Positions 57,995 to 64,000 of a stretch of 64,000 nucleotides of DNA are shown here, one piece after another. The notes beneath the pieces are model-generated. The model had not been told where the DNA came from. It ran no database searches and worked only from the letters and a program-made list of their open reading frames with translations. Both the position numbers and the translations under genes were made by a program. Numbering within the stretch: position 1 is the stretch's first letter; every line of letters begins with the position of its first letter. Source of the stretch: Escherichia coli (GTDB taxonomy: Bacteria; Pseudomonadota; Gammaproteobacteria; Enterobacterales; Enterobacteriaceae); the NCBI RefSeq assembly GCF_001677475.2, contig NZ_CP015229.1; one strand, given 5' to 3'.

Positions 57995-58054
57995 TACTGT
58001 ATATAAAACCAGTTTATACTGTACACAATAACAGTAATGGTTTTTCATACAGGA
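57995..58054. promoter_or_regulatory. LexA (SOS) boxes of the recN promoter
   Basis: TACTGTATATAAAACCAGTT (57995-58014), TACTGTACACAATAACAGTA (58017-58036) and a weaker third CTGT..ACAG-like site to 58054; CTGT-N8-ACAG consensus. Confidence 0.75.
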
Positions 58055-58062
58055 AAACAACT

Positions 58063-59724
58063 ATGTTGGCACAACTGACCATCAGCAACTTTGCTATCGT
58101 TCGTGAGCTTGAGATTGATTTTCATAGCGGCATGACCGTAATAACTGGCGAGACCGGCGCGGGTAAATCTATTGCAATAGATGCCCTCGGTCTTTGTCTC
58201 GGTGGTCGCGCTGAAGCCGACATGGTGCGTACCGGCGCTGCTCGCGCTGACCTGTGCGCCCGTTTTTCTCTGAAAGATACGCCAGCGGCTCTGCGCTGGC
58301 TGGAAGAAAACCAGCTTGAAGACGGGCATGAATGTTTGCTTCGTCGCGTAATCAGCAACGATGGTCGCTCACGAGGTTTTATCAACGGTACAGCTGTTCC
58401 TCTGTCACAACTGCGCGAACTGGGTCAGTTGCTCATTCAGATCCATGGTCAGCACGCTCATCAGTTACTCACCAAACCCGAGCACCAAAAATTCCTGCTT
58501 GATGGCTATGCCAATGAAACCTCTCTACTTCAGGAAATGACCGCACGTTATCAGTTGTGGCATCAAAGCTGCCGTGACCTCGCGCATCATCAACAGTTAA
58601 GTCAGGAACGCGCCGCCCGTGCGGAACTGCTGCAATACCAATTAAAAGAACTTAACGAATTTAATCCGCAGCCCGGAGAGTTTGAGCAAATCGACGAAGA
58701 GTACAAACGTCTGGCGAACAGCGGTCAATTGCTGACCACCAGCCAGAATGCATTGGCATTAATGGCCGACGGTGAAGACGCAAACCTGCAAAGTCAGCTT
58801 TACACGGCTAAACAACTGGTGAGCGAATTGATTGGCATGGACAGCAAACTGTCCGGCGTACTTGATATGCTGGAAGAAGCTACCATCCAGATTGCTGAAG
58901 CCAGCGACGAACTGCGCCACTACTGCGATCGTCTGGATCTCGATCCCAACCGACTGTTTGAACTTGAACAGCGCATCTCAAAACAGATTTCGCTGGCACG
59001 TAAACATCACGTCAGCCCTGAGGCATTACCACAGTATTACCAGTCGTTACTGGAAGAACAGCAGCAACTGGACGATCAGGCCGACTCACAAGAAACGCTC
59101 GCGCTGGCGGTAACGAAACATCATCAGCAGGCACTGGAAACCGCGCGCGCATTACATAAACAACGCCAGCAATATGCAGAAGAACTTGCACAGCTGATCA
59201 CCGACAGTATGCATGCGCTCTCAATGCCGCATGGGCAGTTTACGATCGATGTTAAATTTGACGAGCATCACCTGGGCGCTGACGGTGCCGATCGTATTGA
59301 GTTTCGGGTAACCACCAACCCAGGTCAGCCAATGCAGCCTATTGCCAAAGTCGCATCCGGTGGTGAATTGTCCCGCATCGCATTGGCAATCCAGGTCATC
59401 ACGGCGCGTAAAATGGAAACCCCGGCACTGATTTTTGATGAAGTGGATGTAGGGATTAGCGGTCCAACAGCGGCAGTTGTCGGCAAACTGCTGCGTCAAC
59501 TCGGCGAATCAACTCAGGTGATGTGTGTTACCCACCTGCCACAAGTCGCGGGATGTGGTCATCAACACTATTTTGTCAGCAAAGAAACCGATGGTGCGAT
59601 GACAGAAACACACATGCAATCCCTGGATAAAAAAGCGCGGTTACAAGAGCTGGCGCGCCTGCTTGGTGGCAGTGAAGTCACACGTAATACACTGGCGAAT
59701 GCGAAAGAACTGCTTGCGGCGTAA
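58063..59724 (+). CDS. recN: DNA repair protein RecN (SMC-like)
   Basis: 553 aa; Walker A GETGAGKS and C-terminal signature region. Confidence 0.96.
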   Translation: MLAQLTISNFAIVRELEIDFHSGMTVITGETGAGKSIAIDALGLCLGGRAEADMVRTGAARADLCARFSLKDTPAALRWLEENQLEDGHECLLRRVISNDGRSRGFINGTAVPLSQLRELGQLLIQIHGQHAHQLLTKPEHQKFLLDGYANETSLLQEMTARYQLWHQSCRDLAHHQQLSQERAARAELLQYQLKELNEFNPQPGEFEQIDEEYKRLANSGQLLTTSQNALALMADGEDANLQSQLYTAKQLVSELIGMDSKLSGVLDMLEEATIQIAEASDELRHYCDRLDLDPNRLFELEQRISKQISLARKHHVSPEALPQYYQSLLEEQQQLDDQADSQETLALAVTKHHQQALETARALHKQRQQYAEELAQLITDSMHALSMPHGQFTIDVKFDEHHLGADGADRIEFRVTTNPGQPMQPIAKVASGGELSRIALAIQVITARKMETPALIFDEVDVGISGPTAAVVGKLLRQLGESTQVMCVTHLPQVAGCGHQHYFVSKETDGAMTETHMQSLDKKARLQELARLLGGSEVTRNTLANAKELLAA

Positions 59725-59872
59725 ACTTTTTTCCTGCTTCACGGTCAGAGTAAACAGCAAAACGCCGTAAGACCGGAAAGCAAAAGGTTTTAAAGTGATG
59801 AAAGGTCTATTATCATCGGCATATTACAGATGAGCCACGTACTGCTCGGGCCCGAAAAGGAATCAAATCACT

Positions 59873-60214
59873 ATGCGCTGTAAAACGCTGACTGCTGCAG
59901 CAGCAGTACTATTGATGTTGACCGCAGGCTGTTCCACTCTGGAGCGAGTGGTTTACCGTCCTGACATCAACCAGGGGAACTATCTGACCGCTAACGACGT
60001 ATCCAAAATACGTGTTGGCATGACGCAACAACAAGTTGCGTACGCATTGGGTACACCGCTGATGTCCGATCCATTTGGTACGAATACCTGGTTCTATGTC
60101 TTCCGCCAGCAACCAGGTCATGAAGGTGTAACGCAGCAAACGCTGACGCTGACCTTTAACAGTAGCGGTGTGTTGACCAATATTGATAACAAACCTGCGC
60201 TGAGTGGTAACTAA
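59873..60214 (+). CDS. bamE: outer membrane protein assembly factor BamE (SmpA)
   Basis: 113 aa; lipobox LTAGCS. Confidence 0.95.
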
Positions 60215-60242
60215 TAATAATAAAGTTGCTCTCAAAGACGTT

Positions 60243-60272
60243 AAAAAAGGTGCTCAATGAGCACCTTTTTTC
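60243..60272. terminator. bidirectional terminator between bamE and ratB
   Basis: Hairpin AGGTGCTC-aatg-AGCACCT flanked by an A6 run upstream and a T6 run downstream. Confidence 0.7.
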
Positions 60273-60278
60273 TGTCTG

Positions 60279-60569
60279 TTATTTATTCGCTGATTTTTCT
60301 GCTCGTTGCCTGCGAAGCTCTTTCGGATCGGCAATGAGAGGACGATAAATCTCCACCCGATCGCCATCATGTACAATATCGCTGAGTTTTGCCGGACGGC
60401 TGTAAATGCCGACTTTGTTTTTAGTTAAATCGATATCGGTACGCAATTCCAGCAAGCCACTGGCGCGAATAGCTTCTTCAACCGTCGCGCCCTCCTGCAG
60501 CGTCACGCGCTGCAGATACTGCTTCTCAGGTAGCGCATAAGCCACCTCAACGGCAATTTTACCTGGCAC
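60279..60569 (-). CDS. ratB: UPF0125 protein RatB (YfjF)
   Basis: 96 aa from GTG at 60567-60569 ([20 protein letters not shown]); the ORF track gives a 124-aa upstream-extended form. Confidence 0.85.
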
Positions 60570-61035
60570 TGTAAACCTCTTTCGCACGAACCGTAAAAGC
60601 CTGGACCATATTAGCCGCCAGTTCTTTAAACACGCGGCCAAAGGCGAGTTCAATCAACTTATTGGTAAACTCAAAATCGAGATGAAACTCGATACGGCAC
60701 GCCTCCTGACTCAGCGGCGTAAACTTCCAGCCACCGATCAATTTCTTGAACGGCCCATCCACCAGATTCATAAGAATACTTTGGTTACTGGTTAACTGGT
60801 TGCGGGTAGTAAACGTTTTGCTGATCCCAGCCTTAGAGACATCTACCGCCGCAGTCATCTGCCCAGGAGTGGACTCCAGAATCCGACTTCCGGTACAACC
60901 CGGCAAAAACTGAGGATAAGACTGAACGTCATTCACTAACTGATACATTTGCTCCGCGCTGTAGGGTACCAGTGCGGTCCGGCTAATCTGAGGCATAACA
61001 ATTTCCATCAACAAAAATCCAACAAATAATATCAT
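60559..61035 (-). CDS. ratA: ribosome association toxin RatA (YfjG), SRPBCC/polyketide-cyclase fold
   Basis: 158-aa ORF; overlaps ratB by 11 nt; start could instead be the internal MPQIS Met. Confidence 0.88.
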
Positions 61036-61166
61036 TTATCCTGCTGTAAAAAAAACGCTATCCCGGCGCTGGGTAACATCGGGTTCATGCTAAGATAGAG
61101 CCTTGTCCCCCGCAGGATTGATATGGGGTGTTTTCGATTTCAGATTACCGATGATTCACGACGCTT

Positions 61167-61649
61167 ATGACGAAGAAAAAAGCACATAAACCTGGTTCAG
61201 CGACCATCGCGCTTAACAAGCGCGCCCGTCACGAATACTTTATCGAAGAAGAGTTCGAAGCGGGACTTGCCCTGCAAGGCTGGGAGGTTAAATCCCTGCG
61301 CGCAGGAAAAGCCAATATCAGCGACAGCTACGTCCTTCTGCGTGACGGAGAGGCATTTCTGTTTGGCGCTAACATCACGCCAATGGCTGTGGCCTCCACG
61401 CATGTGGTGTGCGATCCTACCCGTACCCGCAAGTTACTTCTCAACCAGCGCGAACTGGACTCATTGTACGGTCGCGTCAATCGAGAAGGCTATACCGTAG
61501 TGGCGCTCTCCCTGTACTGGAAAAATGCCTGGTGCAAAGTGAAAATCGGCGTCGCCAAAGGTAAGAAACAGCATGATAAACGTTCAGATATCAAAGAACG
61601 CGAATGGCAGGTGGATAAAGCGCGTATCATGAAAAACGCCCACCGTTAA
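61167..61649 (+). CDS. smpB: SsrA-binding protein SmpB
   Basis: 160 aa from [29 protein letters not shown]. Confidence 0.97.
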
Positions 61650-61819
61650 ACCTGCACTGCAATTATTGACCCGCTCCTCACCGCGCCTCCCTCTCCGGCG
61701 GCGCGAATGCACATCTTATTGGCTATCACATCCGACACAAATGTTGCCATCCCATTGCTTAATCGAATAAAAATCAGGCTACATGGGTGCTAAATCTTTA
61801 ACGATAACGCCATTGAGGC

Positions 61820-61850
61820 TGGTCATGGCACTCATGAATCTGGTATACTT
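61820..61850 (+). promoter_or_regulatory. candidate ssrA promoter (extended -10)
   Basis: TGgTATACT at 61841-61849, 7 to 14 nt upstream of the mature tmRNA 5' end; no good -35. Confidence 0.5.
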
Positions 61851-61863
61851 ACCGTTACACATT

Positions 61864-62226
61864 GGGGCTGATTCTGGATTCGACGGGATTTGCGAAACCC
61901 AAGGTGCATGCCGAGGGGCGGTTGGCCTCGTAAAAAGCCGCAAAAAATAGTCGCAAACGACGAAAACTACGCTTTAGCAGCTTAATAACCTGCTTAGAGC
62001 CCTCTCTCCCTAGCCTCCGCTCTTAGGACGGGGATCAAGAGAGGTCAAACCCAAAAGAGATCGCGTGGAAGCCCTGCCTGGGGTTGAAGCGTTAAAACTT
62101 AATCAGGCTAGTTTGTTAGTGGCGTGTCCGTCCGCAGCTGGCAAGCGAATGTAAAGACTGACTAAGCATGTAGTACCGAGGATGTAGGAATTTCGGACGC
62201 GGGTTCAACTCCCGCCAGCTCCACCA
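61864..62226 (+). ncRNA. ssrA: tmRNA (SsrA), 363 nt, ending CCA
   Basis: 5' GGGGCUGAUUCUGGAUUCGACGGG, tag-coding region ...GCAAACGACGAAAACUACGCUUUAGCAGCUUAA, 3' GGGUUCAACUCCCGCCAGCUCCACCA. Confidence 0.97.
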
Positions 62227-62344
62227 CTTTTGATAGGACTGCAACCGGACAGCGGCAATAAAAACAGCCACTTACGGACACTGACCAGACAGTAAGCGGA
62301 CTTAAAAAAGACAAAAATATACACGCAAAATGCACGTGCATTTC

Positions 62345-62384
62345 AAAAAAGCCTCTGATTGTGAAGTCAGAGGCTTTTCTATTT
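62345..62384 (-). terminator. rho-independent terminator downstream of the phage tfa gene, in the ssrA-prophage junction
   Basis: Hairpin GCCTCTGA-cttcacaa-TCAGAGGC followed by TTTTTTG on the minus strand. Confidence 0.7.
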
Positions 62385-62424
62385 GTAACTAAGAGTAACA
62401 ATTCAACATGACGCAACCTACCAA

Positions 62425-62997
62425 TTACGTAACGTCAAACGCTCTGATTGAACGCAAATCATCCAGATTATTCAGTTGTTCCTTCATCTCGCGCTGGCGT
62501 TCGTGGATTTTAAAGCCCTCCGCCACCATGGCCACCATCATGGCATCGTTCAGCGCAATAAGTTTCTCCCTGGTCAGTATGACGTTGTTATTATCCGCAT
62601 CAGTCCAGAAAAAACCATCCGGAAGCAGTCCGGCCTGCGCTGTTGCAACCACGGGCGCAAGGCGTGACTGCGAGGTTTTTCCGCCATCAAAACGACGGCC
62701 ATCAAACGTGAAAATAAACTCAACGTTTTCCTGACTGTCGCGCCATGCCTCAATTTCCCGCCTTTTGGCATCCTTTGCCGCTGCAATAAGTTCCGGCGTG
62801 ACGGTGAACGGGGCGATTTCGCCCCATTTCCCGCTTTGCAGCTCCTGCCAGACATGCTGGCCTGTCGGGGCCATATCATCCTGTATGGCGGTATACAGGA
62901 CGAACTCCGTTTCACCTTCAAATAACACCTCGCAGTCAACCGCACCATTTTCAAGATAATGCGCGTTTCTGATGCCTTTCACCGCTCTGATTTTCAT
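62425..62997 (-). CDS. tfa: phage tail fibre assembly protein (Tfa-like chaperone)
   Basis: 190-aa ORF starting MKIRAVKGIRNAHYLENGAVDC, resembling lambdoid/K-12 cryptic-prophage Tfa N-termini; AAGGAA RBS; lies 14 nt downstream of the stf stop. Confidence 0.8.
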   Translation of the reverse strand: MKIRAVKGIRNAHYLENGAVDCEVLFEGETEFVLYTAIQDDMAPTGQHVWQELQSGKWGEIAPFTVTPELIAAAKDAKRREIEAWRDSQENVEFIFTFDGRRFDGGKTSQSRLAPVVATAQAGLLPDGFFWTDADNNNVILTREKLIALNDAMMVAMVAEGFKIHERQREMKEQLNNLDDLRSIRAFDVT

Positions 62998-63011
62998 GTC
63001 TTATTTCCTTA

Positions 63012-64000
63012 TTACTCAATGCGTACAAAAAGACCGATATAGCCACGCGTTGTATCGTGACTAATGCGGGTCCCCGAAAGCGCCGTGTAACGACCGGGGA
63101 AGTTGTATTCACCAGCACCGCCAATCACAACCTGCGGTGAGGATGCGTATGTCCCTGTATCGCTAACCCGTGCACTCATAGCCAGAGGGCCAAGACGGGA
63201 ACCCGGCACAATATCACCGAGCCCCAGAGACGCATCTGCACCAAAACTCTCCCCCTGATATGCCGCCATAATCGGCACACCAACGGCCGGGTATTTATAA
63301 TATGAGCCTGAGCCCGCCATCCTGGACAGCAGGTACGCCAGTGAATCTCCGTCGTATACAACTACCCGCGATGACATGTTCCAGCTGTTATCGCTGTCGT
63401 TGTACCGGTACTGCATATAGTGAATACAGTGTTCACCCTGATAATACTGGTTGTAGCACATCAGGGTTTTAAATTTGCGGACTGTGTCGGATTCACTGTT
63501 GGCGTACGGTGACCACATCACATCAATAATGCCGTTAAATTGCGTGGTACCGGTAAGCAGTTGCGAGGAGTCTGTAATACTGACCGCATACCGCCCCGGC
63601 GTGACTTTCTTCAACCACTCAACGAAATCAGACAGCCCCTCAAACGCCAGAGCGTCAGTGCTGGTGAATGCCTGTCCAAACCCATACATCCCGGACAGGG
63701 CCAGCCTGCCCGGTGTGCGGTCACGGATATCACTCTGGGGTTCCATCGTCGCAGCCGCGTTCAGCTCAAGCTCCGTGCGCATGGCTTCAGCCGTGTCATG
63801 CGCCAGTAATGCGCGGCCCTTCTCTGACAGCAGAGACAGTGAGGCATTCCCGTCTGTATTGAAGTACAGAAGATTATCTGCCCGTTGCGTCAGTGCGCTG
63901 ATTGCCGTTAAGACGTCATTAAGCGGTTGTTTGCCTGCCAGCGCGTTTGTGATTGTCGTCGCAAAGTTCGGGTCATTGCCCAGCGCCGCTGCCAGCTCGT
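63012..64000 (-). CDS. stf: phage side tail fibre protein (Stf-like), C-terminal ~329 codons; 5' end beyond window
   Basis: Minus-strand frame open from the window edge (hand translation 63783-63998 has no stop); contains the motif ALAGKQPLNDVLTAISALTQRADNLLYFNTDGNASLSLLSEKGRALLA, similar to the conserved shaft segment of lambda/Rac/e14 Stf; followed by tfa. Confidence 0.8.
   Translation of the reverse strand, partial: ELAAALGNDPNFATTITNALAGKQPLNDVLTAISALTQRADNLLYFNTDGNASLSLLSEKGRALLAHDTAEAMRTELELNAAATMEPQSDIRDRTPGRLALSGMYGFGQAFTSTDALAFEGLSDFVEWLKKVTPGRYAVSITDSSQLLTGTTQFNGIIDVMWSPYANSESDTVRKFKTLMCYNQYYQGEHCIHYMQYRYNDSDNSWNMSSRVVVYDGDSLAYLLSRMAGSGSYYKYPAVGVPIMAAYQGESFGADASLGLGDIVPGSRLGPLAMSARVSDTGTYASSPQVVIGGAGEYNFPGRYTALSGTRISHDTTRGYIGLFVRIE

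Larger units (their letters stand above)
62227..64000. mobile_element. edge of an integrated prophage or prophage remnant at the ssrA 3' end (tail-fibre module only; extends beyond window)
   Basis: Phage stf-tfa genes begin ~200 bp after the tmRNA CCA end; tmRNA 3' ends are a classic integration site; the content differs from the K-12 CP4-57 integrase end that I recall. Confidence 0.75.

Noticed and set aside
62162-62416. 84-aa minus-strand ORF
   Set aside because: Overlaps the 3' end of tmRNA antisense and runs through the tfa terminator hairpin
62408-62734. 108-aa plus-strand ORF just after ssrA
   Set aside because: Antisense to the phage tfa gene, whose product has a recognisable Tfa N-terminus and an RBS; this one has neither

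Overview
This window is an Escherichia coli chromosomal segment that is almost entirely conserved housekeeping backbone. Gene order and protein lengths match the E. coli K-12 arrangement as I recall it; all identifications are from memory of protein sequences and synteny, and no database search was run. Order: purL (partial) - mltF - tadA - pgpC - yfhH - yfhL - shoB/ohsC - acpS-pdxJ-recO-era-rnc - lepB-lepA - rseCBA-rpoE - nadB - trmN6 - srmB - yfiE - eamB - grcA - ung - yfiF - trxC - tapT - patZ - pssA - yfiM - kgtP - rrnG operon (5S, 23S, tRNA-Glu, 16S, minus strand) - clpB - pgeF - rluD - bamD - raiA - pheL/pheA - tyrA-aroF - yfiL - yfiR-dgcN-yfiB - rplS-trmD-rimM-rpsP - ffh - ypjD - yfjD - [extra ORF] - grpE - nadK - recN - bamE - ratB-ratA - smpB - ssrA. 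Two loci depart from that backbone. (1) A roughly 760-bp spacer between yfjD and grpE carries an intact ORF for an extremely acidic ~200-aa protein that I do not recognise and that has no counterpart in the K-12 order as I recall it. (2) Immediately after the 3' end of ssrA the K-12 CP4-57 integrase end is absent; instead a phage side-tail-fibre (stf, partial) and tail-fibre-assembly (tfa) pair is transcribed toward ssrA, marking the edge of a different integrated prophage that continues beyond the window. Everything else is well-described biology: sigma-E, sigma-32, LexA, FNR, TyrR and PurR sites, the pheL attenuator, and the shoB/ohsC type I toxin-antitoxin pair. No CRISPR array or IS element was seen. 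No clearly novel multi-gene system is supported by what is visible; the two accessory loci are the only candidates.
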